NCBI RefSeq assembly: GCF_018977255.1
Contig: NW_024704743.1
Span: forward strand, 92,506,001 to 92,570,000
Source: Callorhinchus milii
Taxonomy: Eukaryota
Length of the DNA stretch: 64,000 nucleotides
Direction of reading: 5' to 3'
Part shown: positions 39,890-52,778 of the stretch, in pieces
How the letters are laid out: each line of letters begins with the position of its first letter
How positions within the stretch are numbered: position 1 is the stretch's first letter
Notes under the pieces: generated by a model
Seen by the model: only the letters and a program-made list of their open reading frames with translations
Told to the model about the DNA's origin: nothing
Databases searched by the model: none
Program-made: the position numbers and the translations under genes

Positions 39890-40170
39890 AAAAATCATCC
39901 TTGCACTTGATTTATTGCCTTTCATGTTGGGCGGATTTTTGCAAAGCAGTCTAACGCGATATACTGCAAAGTGCACTGACAAGGTATTTTGTAGGCAAAT
40001 GTATCAACCAATTTGACCACAGCAATATCTCACAAACAAAAGAAAATGACCATTTTTTTTAATTTGGGGGATTGTTGGTCAGGAAGGAACACCCTTCTCT
40101 TTTCAAATAGTGTCATGGAATTTTTAATATCCACCAAAACAGAAGGGATTTAATGTCTCATCTGAAGGAT
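39890..40170 (-). mobile_element. DeuSINE-like remnant
   Basis: Decayed L2-type tail, then TTTTCAAATAGTGTCATGGAATTTTTAATATCCACC and TTTAATGTCTCATCTGAAGG blocks. Confidence 0.7.
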
Positions 40171-41849
40171 TGATTGACAGCGAAGCTCTGCCCCCACCCC
40201 ACTCTCCATCAGTCACATAGTCTACTAACACTCACTGTCAAATATCATCCAGGACAAATAGCTATCAGCCTATCACCTACTAGAGAACATAGACAGAAAT
40301 GTCCACTCACCAGTGAATGGGTTTTGCAATCATTTATGAAAGCTAAAAACAGACAGATAAACATGGTAATGGCACAAACCAAAACTGTGATCAAATTGCA
40401 ATCATTGACTCTATCTGTAAGGTAGCTGAGCGATGAGGAGAGTGACCTCTCTAAGAATGAAACCAAACTAACTTACTTCTCTCAGCTCAATAGTACAGGA
40501 AGGCTGTCTACATATTTGTTGCTCAAATAAGATAACTTTTGAGAAATGGTGAATTCTGTGGGAATCACCTTAAAATTAACAAATTAATTTTCAGTATTTT
40601 CTCAGAAATACACACAGCCACATCACTTTACGTACATCTTGTGAAATGCTTTGAGACCTCTTGATGATGTGATGAGTCACTGTATCAAATGGAATATTGT
40701 ATATGTTAAAACATTTAATTTATAGCTCCAGTCAATAAAAGCATGAGTGCACCTTAAAAGGATCAGTTGAATTTCCATTGTGCAAATACAAGCCAAGTTT
40801 TTTCTTTGTCTGCAAGAAGTGCTGACATTCTGGTTAAGGCACAATAAATTGAGGTAATTTCTCAGAATCCCATGGAAGGAAGGTGATAATACAACACATC
40901 TGCTTTGTCCATCTGCTGACTGCAGATGTCCCTGTGGGATGTTGATAAACTGGAGCTTCTTCAACGAGGGTTGAGTATGTATTAGGCTGTTGCTGCAGCA
41001 TGATACAAGTAATAGATATTGCAAAGAGGATACCTGAAAATGTTACTTCTTTTACATAATTTGTATTAAATTGACAGGATGGATTTCCTGCACTTTACGT
41101 ATAAACCCTTATGTATTATTCACTAGGTAAGAAATAAAAAATGCTCTTGTCTGTCCCCATTTGCTGTCTTGTTGCTAGGCTTCCACTGCAAGCATTATCT
41201 CATAATGAAGCTATACTTCTGCTTAGCATTTCTGCAGCTATTCCTACTCCCTCATTTGTATTGTGACTTTTATCCAAGAAAAACAGAATCTCTGCAGATC
41301 TGGCACCTCAAAGCATTACACATGTTGAATTACCCACCTAAAAGCCTATCAGTAATAAATCCTTCTAAATTCATTGTACAAATCCTTAATGCCATCCAAA
41401 CTCAACCATCTCCAAGATTGACATTAACATTTATTAGTTGCAAGATAACTGTGAGCCAGCACTGACAGCAGTTTAAACTGTCTTCCTGAGATGTGCACAT
41501 ACATCGGGATCTAATTGTAAGATTTGCAAAAAGATTTGTAAATGGCAGATCATTCATTTCATGGGTGTTTGTGGGACCTTATCCTGTGCATTTGCTTATA
41601 AAACTGAGTTACATTTGACAACAATGACCTTTTTCGGGGTCAACTGTTGGTGCCTGATACATGCGGAAACCCATCACCAAACCAGATTGCAAATATTTGC
41701 GATCTTTGGATAGAAATTTCCCTGTGTCAGAAATGGAATAGGAACTCTCTCCCCAGAAGCATACATTCCACTTACCTCCTCCAGAAATGATTAAGGTCAC
41801 GTTGTTTAGAGCTAAATTTTAGAGACCCCAAGGTTGGGTTGCGTACTAT

Positions 41850-42182
41850 TGCCAATTTGCACTAGCAATGTCCCACAAAGAGCCATGAAGTGAGTGACAA
41901 TTTTATTTGGGGATTGTTGGTCAGGAAACCAGGAGAAACTCCCTTCTCTTTTCAAATAGTGCTATGGGACCTTTAACTTCTACCTGAACATAATATCATG
42001 TTTAATATCACATCAGAAGGACAGCATCTCTAACAAACAGCACACCACATATGCCTACCTGCACTGAAGTGTTAGTGTGGGCTGTGAGTTCCAAGTGCCA
42101 AACACACAACTTATGACTGAGAGGCAAGAATGAGTCAATATAAAACATATTATCAGCCTAGCTACCAACTGAGCTAGGCTGA
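41850..42182 (-). mobile_element. DeuSINE-like element with an inverted duplication in its head
   Basis: CCAGGAGAAACTCCCTTCTCTTTTCAAATAGTGCTATGGGACCTTTAAC Deu-like block; head CTACCAACTGAGCTAGGCTGA resembles 51550-51570. Confidence 0.75.
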
Positions 42183-42201
42183 TAATATGTTTTATATTGA
42201 C
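42134..42201. repeat. Perfect inverted repeat, 30-bp arms with 8-nt spacer
   Basis: GTCAATATAAAACATATTATCAGCCTAGCT-ACCAACTG-AGCTAGGCTGATAATATGTTTTATATTGAC. Confidence 0.97.
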
Positions 42202-42239
42202 AGGAAGGACCGTTAAAACAATTAGAGTCCTAGAGTTGT

Positions 42240-42558
42240 GGAGTCCTGTAACTCAATGGTTAGAACACTTGCCTTGCAAGCGAGAGACCTGGGTTCGATT
42301 CCTGCTAAGGTGAGATCTTAGGCAAGTTTCCTTACTCCACTCACCTGATAATAATCCCTCAAGAGAAAAAACAGTAATAAATTGGTCACTTCAATCAAAA
42401 CGCGTTTGTGGGACACTCCTGTGTGCAATTGGCTGCCCCGTTTTGCCCACAAATATACAGTCAATTCACTTTACAGTATTCTGTGAAGCGCTTTGAGATG
42501 TCTAGAAGACATGAAAAGTACTATATCAAATGCAAGGATTATTATTATTTATTATTAT
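42240..42558 (+). mobile_element. Full-length tRNA-derived SINE
   Basis: GGAGTCCTGTAACTCAATGGTTAG head, B box GGTTCGATTCC, TAGAA-loop tail, (ATT)n. Confidence 0.93.
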
Positions 42559-43019
42559 AATTTAACTTGCTTAATCTCCCTTATTCTAGTACAAAGCACA
42601 ATAGATTTATCAATGGTTAGCATAGAACACAAACTGTTAGATCAGTTGATAGCTTGCACCAATTGAAAAAAACATGCATTAATGCACAGTGACTGTTTGT
42701 ATTCCAGGAGTGAGCTGAAATTACATGGTTCAAAACTTCCATCATAGTTTGATTTTATAGTTCTACTAATGATCAAAATATAAAGAATATTCCTCATATT
42801 TTAAATAGTAATAGGGATATGATTAAAGCAGAACTTTGCATCTAACATTTGAATCAATCTTATTTCAACATAAAACCTTAGGGAACATCCATTAAAACAA
42901 AGCAATGAATGTTATTATAAAAGTAACAAATAACATTTTTTAAGTTCAATATGTGTTTGCAGTACCAAAATAAAAACACCAAAGTGAGGTTCTAAGAAAC
43001 TTTTCTATATTTCACAGTG

Positions 43020-43450
43020 TGGCTACTGTGAAATATCCAGGGTTTTAGCTTGGTCCTCTCCTATTTCATATCTATTTCATACAAATGTTTTGAGACATCC
43101 TGTTGAAGTGAAAGATGCTATATAAATGTAATCTGTATTGGATCTATTTGCTTCTCCTTTGTGACCTCCTTCATAGGCATGAGGCCAGTTTCCATATGTA
43201 TGTTGATGATACCGAGCTCTATCTGTCCATTTGCCTTCACCCTCAATTCCATGACCAATGCTGTTTGACTGTCAGACATCAAGCCTGAGATGAATTTTTA
43301 TTTCCTTCACTTAAACTTCAACAAACTTCAAGCCAGCTTTTGTCAGTACCTTTTTGCCTCCGACCATGACAACATCAAACTCACTGGCTGTATGCTCCAG
43401 TTAACAAGCCAATGCATAGCATAGGCATATTGTTTGACCCTCAGACATGC
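43020..43450 (+). mobile_element. Old, highly decayed L2 RT remnant with an inserted short tail
   Basis: TTCCATATGTATGTTGATGATACC (FHMYVDDT, YADD-like) near 43190-43215. Confidence 0.7.
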
Positions 43451-43519
43451 TACATTCAAGCTTAGATCAAGACTATCTCAATCCCTTTGTCTGATCATTA
43501 GTGGATCATTAGTGCTGAT

Positions 43520-44290
43520 CATTAGCATCAACCTCCATGGTTGCATACTTCAACTCACCAAGCCAGTCAGGAACTTAGGTGTCTTGTTCAACACTCAACT
43601 GTCTTTTCTTCCCCACATCCATCTGCCTTCCCTCACCTCCGTAACATCACTCGACTCCGCTACTACATCACCCCTCAGGCTGCTGAAATTCTTGTTCATG
43701 CCTTCATCACCTCCAGGCTCGACTATGCAAACGCCCTTCTTGTCGGCCTTCCCATCTCCTCCCTCCACAGGCTGCAGATAATCCAGAACTCTGCAGCCCG
43801 TATGCTCTCCCGCACCTAACTCCGTGATCCCATCTCCCCCATTCTCGCCCGACTCCATTGGCTCCTTCAGAGGATCCAGTTCAAGATCCTGGTCCTCATC
43901 TACAAAGCCCTCCATGTCTTCACCCCACCCTATCTCTGTGACCTCCTAACCCCCTACCAACCCGCCCGCTCCCTCCGGTCAGCCGGCTCCGGCCTGCTCC
44001 ACGTCCCCCGTCCCACCCATCTCACCATTGGCGGGAGAGCCTTCAGCCTCTCTGCCCCCAACCTCTGGAACTCCATCCCCCAATCACTCCGCCTCGCCCC
44101 CTCCTTAGCCTCCTTCAAGTCCCGCCTCAAAACCCTCCTCTTCGACCATGCCATCAGTCACCCCCCTTCCCCTTCCCTGCCTTCTCCCCCTTGACCCCAG
44201 CTCGGGTCTGAAATGCTGTATATTGTCCAGCACCTTGGGCCATCCTCCTGACTGGAAAGGAGCTATACAAATGTAATCTTGTTGTTGTTG
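43520..44290 (+). mobile_element. L2-clade LINE 3' fragment
   Basis: AAEILVHAFITSRLDYANALL and LQIIQNSAARML; closely similar to the 18932-19590 copy; ends AATCTTGTTGTTGTTG. Confidence 0.95.
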
Positions 44291-45039
44291 GACAAGCCCT
44301 CATCCACTACTGTCAGGAATTTTCTCCCCAAATCACTTCACCTTGTAGATTCTCCCCTCGCCTTCAATATCCTCTTGAAAAGTATTTCTGACCTTTTTTG
44401 TTTCCTCTTATAATGAAGTTTAGTATGGAACCTTCAGCACAATGGCCGTCTGGTATGTAATTTGCTCAATTTTTATGACACAATTGAGATATTATTTATC
44501 ATTTGCATAATTAACTCCAGCTTTGGGAATGGTGAGGGGATGACACTAGTCTTCTGCGTTCTCAAGGAAAGCTTTTAAATGTGAATGGTTCTTTATACTT
44601 CACTTGTGCCTTTGGAGGCTGTTGCTGAACATCTGCTAAAACTGGTTGCAAACATTCCAACATTTTGTTTTGCTAACAGTCCTGCATATCAGTGCAGATC
44701 TTTGCAGCAGAATTTATCAGTACATCAAAAGATAAATCTGGCTATCGTCCAGGTGCCAGATAAACCAGTCTGTGTGATTTCAAGTACCGATGCTTTGTCT
44801 GCGCTATGAGCATATGGCAACACAAACCTCATTCTTTGTGGTGTTTACTTTTACAGACTTTGAAAGAACCGCTTCTTATGTTTTGTAAATCTTTTGACAG
44901 AACCATCTGCTAATGATAGCATGACACATTGTAAACTTTTAATATCCCATGACCAATGTTTACAATATTCTCGCCTTGGGTAGAGTAGTATTCTTAATGC
45001 TCCATATCTCCAGAGACTTTCTAAAAATAATAATTTACA

Positions 45040-45570
45040 TAAGCCTTGCATTTGATGTTGGGTCTTTCAAGCCGAGAGGACTTTTCAAAAAACTTCACAG
45101 GAGACACTATAAAGTGTAATGACTGTGTATTTTGTAGGCAAACATGGCAAGCCAATTCACATCAAGTAATAATAATAATAATCCTTGCATTGATATAGTG
45201 CTTTATCATGTCTTCAAGATGTCTCAAAGCGTTTCACAGAATATACTGTGAAGTGAATTGACTGTATATTTTGTGGGCAAAATGTGGCAGCCAATTGTGC
45301 ACAGCAGTGTCCCACAAACAGTCGTGGATTGAGTGACCAATTTATTTATTAAAATTTTTTTTGAAGGGATTATTACCCCCAGAAAAGTGATCTGCTGATT
45401 GACTAACAACCGGATTCCTACTACTGCTAGGTAAACAGAGTTGTGTCCCACAAACAGCCTTGAAGTGAATGACCAGTTTTATTTGGGGGAATTATTGCCC
45501 AGGATACCAGGAGAAAAACCCTTTTTTTGAATAATAACAACCTTAACAGGCAAGCGGGGCTTCAGTTATT
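45040..45570 (-). mobile_element. DeuSINE-like remnant split by a nested truncated SINE (about 45165-45443)
   Basis: Old tail at 45040-45165 resumes at GTCCCACAAACAGCC (~45445) after an inserted same-orientation SINE with an (AAT)n tail. Confidence 0.7.
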
Positions 45571-45904
45571 GTCGGATTAACATATGGAATGGGTTAAGAA
45601 ACCATTGCAAATTTTCCCTACATAATTCTACAATTGTCTCACATCCAAAATGACAGATAGAAATGTTTAAAAATACACCTACGGAGTAAAGCAATGTCCT
45701 AAAGATGTGGATGTTTGGAGCTGAAAACTCTCGTTATTTATGTTGTTTTATAGGTTCAACGTAATAATCACATCAAACCTGTTATGAAATGAAATGAACT
45801 TCATAGGTGCTTCTTACGCAGGGCAATTAAAAAATTGCTCAAAACACTTCTTTGTGTTGACTCAATAAACCTGCAGCTTAAAGAGGCTGCTTTATCTTAT
45901 GAGA

Positions 45905-46224
45905 ATAATAATAATAATCCTTGCATTTGATATAGCGCTTTTCACGTCGGGAGGACGTCCCAAAGCGCTTCACAGAACACATTGTAAAGTGAATTGACTG
46001 TATATTTGTGGGCGAACGCGGCAGCCAATTGCGCACAGCAATGTCCCACAAACAGTCGTGGATTGAAAATGACCAATTTATTATTGTTTTTGGTTTTGGA
46101 GGGATTATTATTAGGCTCTGTGTGGAGTAAGGAAACTTGCACAAGGTTTCGCCCTCTGCCTGGAATTGAACTCAGGTCTCTCACTTGCAAAGCGAGTGCT
46201 CTAACCACTGAGCTACAGGACTCC
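45905..46224 (-). mobile_element. Full-length young-subfamily tRNA-derived SINE
   Basis: Intact A box TAGCTCAGTGG and B box GAGTTCAATTCC, TTTGCAA anticodon-like loop, CpG-rich tail GGGACGTCCTCCCGACGTGAAAAGCGCT, (TTA)n. Confidence 0.95.
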
Positions 46225-46789
46225 ACAGAAGTGGCATGAGAGCACTTCATAGACGTCTTCTGGGCTCACACGCATGGACAACTCATTACTTATAAGAACA
46301 ACGGTAGCTGAGGCAATATGAACATTTAAGCTCTTTAAAAACTTCAGAGCCCACCCTTGTACCTTAATGTTAGTGACAGATCTACTTCAGTAATATTAAA
46401 AATTAACCGGCATTCAGATGCAGTGTTCCTCTGTAGTTAAGTGAAGCACGATAGGAGCTGGCAATAGAATTCCATGCTGTCAGCATGAACTGTTGCAGTG
46501 CAGGTGTTAGCTGTTTTGACACATAGCCTGTAGTACAAGCCAACTGATGGCAAAGAGAAATTCACTTGAGACAATCTGACTGCAATCAATCACTTTGAAC
46601 CCCGAGGTGCTATTTAAAAGGGCTACACTGTATTTAGTTACTTTACAATGTATTACACTCAATAAATATATTATTAAAGGTCAGTGCATCTGTCTGTCTC
46701 ACTGTGAATGCACCAGTCTATTCTCTGTAATGGTATATAATCCAGAACAGAACTATCAATGCAAAAGCAATGGGCAATCATAGTGTTTA

Positions 46790-47310
46790 GTTCAATCCTC
46801 AACGTTTCTAACCATATATATGGTTCTTTGCAACTAAAACTGCTTTGCTTGATCTCCAAAACACCTGACTATGTTCCTATCCCACCCAATGCTGTTGCAA
46901 CTTTAGAAATGCTTTTGTCACCTCAAGGATAGATTTCTCCTATCCTCTCCTAACTGGCCTCCCTCACTGCACTTTTCTAAAGATCTAGAACTCCACAGAT
47001 TGCATCCTCTCCTACTCTCAGCTGCAATGCTCCACTGACTCTCTATCCCCTTGCCGATTAACTTCAAGATCCTTGTCCTGACCTACAAATCTCCCTATTA
47101 TACCACTTCAATCTTTGCCAACACTAATTTTTCGCTTACACCTTCCTTTCTTCCTACCTAAGCACATTCCCCCTGTCCTTCATTGCACCTTTGGTGGCCA
47201 AGTTGTTCATCTGTATGTTCTTGCTTTTTGGAACTCTTTCCCAAACTTCTTTCAACTTGAGATTTTCTCCTTATATTTAACCTATATTCAAACCCCTTTA
47301 TAAATCTATC
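46790..47310 (+). mobile_element. Old decayed L2 3' remnant
   Basis: TTAACTTCAAGATCCTTGTCCTGACCTACAAATCTC (NFKILVLTYKS) and a degenerate SRIDF segment. Confidence 0.75.
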
Positions 47311-49879
47311 TTATTAGTTTATCAGTCTTTAACATTGAGATAGCAGAAATCAAGTTCTTTGTTTCAAATCTCTAGCGGATGTAAAATCAGAGGTTAGAGT
47401 GGGAGTGCGCTGCTGGAGGGAGAACCTTTCCAGCTTGGTTTGTAAATGTAAGTATGAGCCAATGTGAGAAGCTCTGATCGATTGTGGTTCCAAAGTCTAA
47501 TTGCTCATTGTCTACAATTGCACTTACATTTCTAGTACAAAAGGTGACTCGACATATTGCAGATCTATGGCAAATCCGTAGCAGCTGTGTCCATTGGGGA
47601 ACTTGTCCTTGGAAGAGTGCAGCACTATTCAGAGGTAGAGTAATGGTTTGTGCTGGTAGCTGTCAGAATGGAACAAAGTGGTGCTGTCTGCAGTGGAGTG
47701 GAAGTCATATAAAAGTTTCCATGACATTCAATCCTTAGATCAAGCAGTATATTGTGAATGTGCCAGTGGACAGAGGTTAACAATGTCTGTTAGTAGAGGA
47801 GCAAGGAGGTGGAGCTGGGAGGGAAGTAGAGAGTTAGAGATGGGGACGAGGAAGCAGGTGGTGGTGGGCTGATGTGGACTGTATATGCAGAAGAGTGAAG
47901 ACAGTAAAACAACTCAAAGTAAAAATAAGACACATGGAGTAACAAAAGAAGGCATTAGGGAGGCATCAACGGCGACTGGCTGATACAAAATAACATGTCA
48001 AAGCAAAAAGTCAGTCAAGCAAAGAAACAAAGTGAAAGTAAACAAATAATAATAATCCTTGCTTTTAATATAGCCAATTGCACACAGCAGTTTCCCACAT
48101 ACAGTTGTGGATTGATTTGATCAATTTATTATTATTGAAGATGGAGGTATCTATCTAAATCAATCTAAACATAAGGAAATCAAGTGACTGAGAAAAGAGA
48201 CTAAGAAACAAACAAATCAGAGTGTAAAAAGAGAAAAGTAAGTTTCAGTAGACATTTAAGTAAGTTTCGGTTGTCAAATGAAAGGATTATTATTTAGCTT
48301 GCTTTTTGGCAAACAATTCTGTTACATTGCATGTTCACTTCTGTCTTGCATTACAATATCTAATTATTTACTTCTTTCCAGTTATTTTTAGCAGATTTGC
48401 AGGCACTTCTATACTTAGGAAATGTACAGAAACATCGGAGCCCAAGTTACTTGGAGACAAAATGTACTTCAGAGGAAAGACTGATCGTGATCTGGGAACA
48501 CTGCCAAACATTTCCAGAAGCTAGAAAACTAGATAGAAAATTAGTTCTGTCACATTCAGCTCAGAATCAATACTACCAGCTAACCATACAGTACACAGCC
48601 GACCACCAAGCACATTGTTGTTGTCTGTAATGTACTGTGAGAGCCAAGGTTTCCTCTGTAAGCTTAACAAACCATGGAATATCTGGTTTCTAAGTACTTT
48701 GTGAATAGTGTGCAATTTCTCACTTTGTCAATCTATAGAGAAGAGTATCCCTTAATTGAACTGACTTGGATTAAGTGATTTCGGTTTGAGTCTGCAGTTT
48801 AGTTGGGCTGTCATGATTTCCACATTGCGTGGATCTAAACCACATTGTTTCTTAAGTATATTTATTTGGCATCCATGCAAGTGATTTAAATCCTGCAGAA
48901 TGGAAGAACAATTTTAAATCTCATTTGCCAATGGTGTGAGGTAGTCTTTTGTGTGAAAGATGCTATATAAATGTAAGTTGTTGAATCAGCTAGAAGAGTC
49001 TCCTTAAACTGGATTTGTGCTTTATGTTCAGTCAGAAAATTGCATGATAGGTTAATTGTCTTTTCTCAGCAGACAATGAAGTGTGTCAGAACTTCTTTAT
49101 ACTAAACTGTATTTCCAAGCACTCTGAGATGCTACCCTGCATGGAGGGTGCTATATAAGTGAAAGTTGTTGTTGCTGTACTCTATATTGGAGAGAATACA
49201 CTTGGACTCCTCAAAAACTCTTGATTTACAATTCTGTTGCTTTCTTAATGACCATGCCCATATCCTTGTTTTTCATGATAGGTATGATATGAAGTATAAC
49301 CCAGCCCTTGCCAATAAGTATGGTGCTTATGTGGTTTGACAATTTCTTGCAATAGAATTTGCTTCATTTAAAAAAACATGGTGTTCAACATGTCATTCTC
49401 TGAGAGAGGTCCATATTTTTGGGAATATTTCGAATGGAATTAAAATAATTGTTTTATCTTCTTGCAAAAAGCTCCTCCCATGCTGCTCCTGAAAGCACAT
49501 TGCTGAACTCTTTATTTTGTTTGCTTCCTCAGCCTGTATCAAATGGGTAAAAAGGAGTTAAGTTGTCATTTGCATTTTGCACTCTCGGCATTGTTATGCG
49601 GCAAAGATATTTGATGACTTATTTTACTCAGAGTCACTGTAATTTTCTGCCTTTCCGCAAAAATATTCTGGACAGTTCCTTCTCCTTGTCTAAATAATAC
49701 ATTCACAGAGCATGGAGGAGAATAAGCAGTGGCTCCCCAGACTTGATCTTCTAATAACCCAGATCTAATGGAAAAGAAGTATATGAACACTTTTTTAGTT
49801 TGTGATGTTTTATCCCACACACCTTGTTGGTTAAACACAACTTTAGTTAACAAACACTCAACGTGAGGCAAAATCCATA

Positions 49880-50210
49880 TTAGCTTTCAAAATGGGACTA
49901 GATATATATCTAAAGAAGAGTAGTCTTCAGGGGTACGGGGAAGGGACTGAAACGATTGCTCTTATAAGAGCCACAATGGCCCTTCTTCTGTGCTGCAAAT
50001 TTCTATGGTTCTATGAAAGTAGAAAATATTTCTTCACTTACGAAATGGGGAAAGACTCCCCTGGAATACCATGGCTGCAGAATCAATAGATACAAATAAA
50101 AGGGAGATAGTAAGTAATGGTATTACAGGATATGAAGGAAGGTAGAAGTGGGATTAAAAAAAAGAGATTCAGGTTTAATTGGCCAAATGACCAATCTCTG
50201 CTTCTATTGT
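49880..50210 (+). mobile_element. Two short CR1 3' remnants
   Basis: CTTCAGGGGTACGGGGAA...AATGGCCTTCTTCTGTGCTGCAAATTTCTATGGTTCTATG tail, followed by a second more decayed copy. Confidence 0.7.
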
Positions 50211-50743
50211 CCCTTGGAGATTTGAGAAGACTTGAAGGCAAAGAGATTGAGGGCAGATGTAATTTGAGTCACTGGTGAAGCTTCTGTACAGCCTATCTGC
50301 TGATTTCTCTAAGATTGCAAATTCTTGTAATGACCTCTGGAGGCAGCTAAAGGCAACCTCTGCACGTCTCTTTAGTTAAATCGGGTAACTGACTTTCTGG
50401 GGATCTTGCTGTCTGAAGCATGTTCTGCTGCCAGAACTGAATCTCCTGTGGATCATTTTCTGCCTTACCCCTCTTCCTTCCTCAGAATCATTGAAGCCAG
50501 GGAGTACTGATAGTCCCAATTGGGGAGAATTGAAAATTATGGTTACACTTTATTGAAAATTGGCTTCAGTGGTGAGTAAACAAGAATTATTCATTTTGTA
50601 TTTGCAGCTAGATGTAAAACAATTCTATAGGGCAAAAAATCAAGCGCTTGTTTGCAGGTTTAAATGATAACTTTGATCACACAATAATATCAAATATGAT
50701 AAATTCATCACCCAGTAGAATATTCACCACATATCTTGTACTT

Positions 50744-50900
50744 AGAATCACAGAATAATGCAGCACCGAAGAAGGCCATTCGGCCCATCATGACTATGCC
50801 GGCTCTTTGAAAAGAGCTATCCAAATCAATCCCACTCCCCCGCGCTCTCTCCATAGCCCTCCCCAAACTTGACCTCCCCAAATAATTATCTAAGCCTCCT
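50744..50900 (-). mobile_element. CR1 3' end fragment
   Basis: AGAATCACAGAA tail and GAAGGCCATTCGGCCCATC 3' UTR motif. Confidence 0.8.
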
Positions 50901-52402
50901 TTTCTGGTATATTGGTTTTCGAACACAAATGGAGGATTTCTTCTTTAAAATGAACAGTGGTCTCAGATAGCCCACTGGTGTTTCTACCACAATGCTATCA
51001 ATATACAATTGGAAGCTTCACTGGGTAAAACTAGTTTCTCAGGGCTTTGCACGGGGTTTCAAAGTCACATTGACCTTATGCAAGCTGTGCATCAAGAGCT
51101 CCAGTGATTTTTAAAATAAGTTTGCGCAGTGTTCCAGAATTACCAATAGAAACTCAACCCATGCGGCTGTTGAGACATCCTGGGGCCCTGGCCAACAACC
51201 TTCCAAAACAGGCCATTCAGCTCCTGGTGGCATGTAGGACTGACATTTTTGCTTACAACAGTAATTATGGTAAAGAGCTTTCAGATATTATGGTGTATCA
51301 AATGCTAGAATTACAAGACAACCTTGTTAAAATGCAATCCTCTAGGTCCAATAGCTCAGTATAGATAAAGTATAGTAAGTGTGTGCTATGTAGCTAAATG
51401 CAGCAGCTAATTTGTGCACAGCAGTGTTTTACCTCAAACAGTGCAGCATATACAACAGCACTGTATTAGAATATCAGCCCAGACTGTGAGTTTAACGTCC
51501 TGATGTTAGGCTTAAACCCACAACCTTTTCTGATTTAGAGGCAAGATTGCTATCAACTGAGCCAGGCGGATACCTAATAAAACAGTAAATTACTTTAAAA
51601 TTATATTTTGCTGAATTGTAACATTGATTATACATCACAAATTAAAAGACCAGCTATATATTAATCTAATTGTTAAACCTGTTTTAGCTTGAAGTATGGG
51701 TTAACTGTTTGGCTTTAAGGTATGGGAAGGACATAAGAATTTATAGTCACATATTCACAAATCCATATATGTGGCTAAAAACAATGACCACAGCCTGTGA
51801 CTTTGGAATGAATCTGGAGTGGAGGGAGAGGGAGGAGGGTTGTACATGTTGTCAATTGATAACCATCAATTTTTAACAAATGTGAGAATTTGCACATCAG
51901 ACCTCACAATTTTCACCACCTTATCAGCGTTTTGGGACGTCCTCCAGACGTGAAAGGTGCTCTATAAAAGTAATTTTGTTGTTGTTGTTGCTTATCGATT
52001 TGGTAGATCATTACAACATTGCCTGAGTAAAGGTGCAATGAAAAAAGTAGGTGCTTTTCCAGTAGAAATTGTTGTTCTTTTATGACCACGTTAATGACAA
52101 GATTTCCCCTGACAGGCAGACAATAATGTAAGTTTTATTTGATTGCATTTAACAAGATTGAACTCGTTTTCGTGTGGGAAACCAAGCTGCCCTTTAGATT
52201 TGAAATATATTTGTTCAGCTTTGTAGCATCAGATAAGCTTATAATTTTACAACTAACATCCCATAGCTAAATGTACTGTAGGGTACGTATTTGCTCTATG
52301 AAAGAACCTTTGTGCACTGTGAGATAACCACTGCTTAACCCATTTACTGTATTTTCTCACACATTAATATTTCTCTTTTTCCTCTCTATTTGCAGTTTTA
52401 TT

Positions 52403-52778
52403 TCATAGAATCATAGAATGTTACGGCACATAAGGAGGCCATTCGGCCCATCGAGTCTGTGCCGGTTCATTGACAGAGCAACTGACCTTTATTAACCCCA
52501 CTCACCAGCTTTCTCCCCGTAACCCTGCAAACCCGTCTTCCCCAGATACCTATCCAGTTCTCTCTTAAAAGCTGTTATCGAATCGGACTTCACTGCCCTT
52601 TCAGGCAGATCATTCCAAATTCTAACAACTCGCTGAGTGAAAACATTTCTTCTAACCTCCCCTCTGCTTCTTTTGGTAGATATCTTAAGACTGTGACCAC
52701 GAGTCACAGACACACCTATCCACGGAAACAGCTTTTCCTTATCTAGCCTGTCGAAACCTTTCAAAATTTCTATCATTT
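52403..52778 (-). mobile_element. CR1 3' fragment (ORF2 C-terminus plus 3' UTR)
   Basis: Minus ORF KGFDRLDKEKLFP...TRGHSLK...FTQRVVRIWNDLP...FKRELDRYL; (CATAGAAT)n tail on the plus strand. Confidence 0.93.

Noticed and set aside
46150..46224. tRNA-like cloverleaf with TGC (Ala-like) anticodon loop in SINE heads (also ~9175-9247, 27840-27911, 34700-34772, 42240-42310)
   Set aside because: The acceptor stem is incomplete and each head runs into a SINE body and tail, so these are tRNA-derived SINE heads, not tRNA genes.
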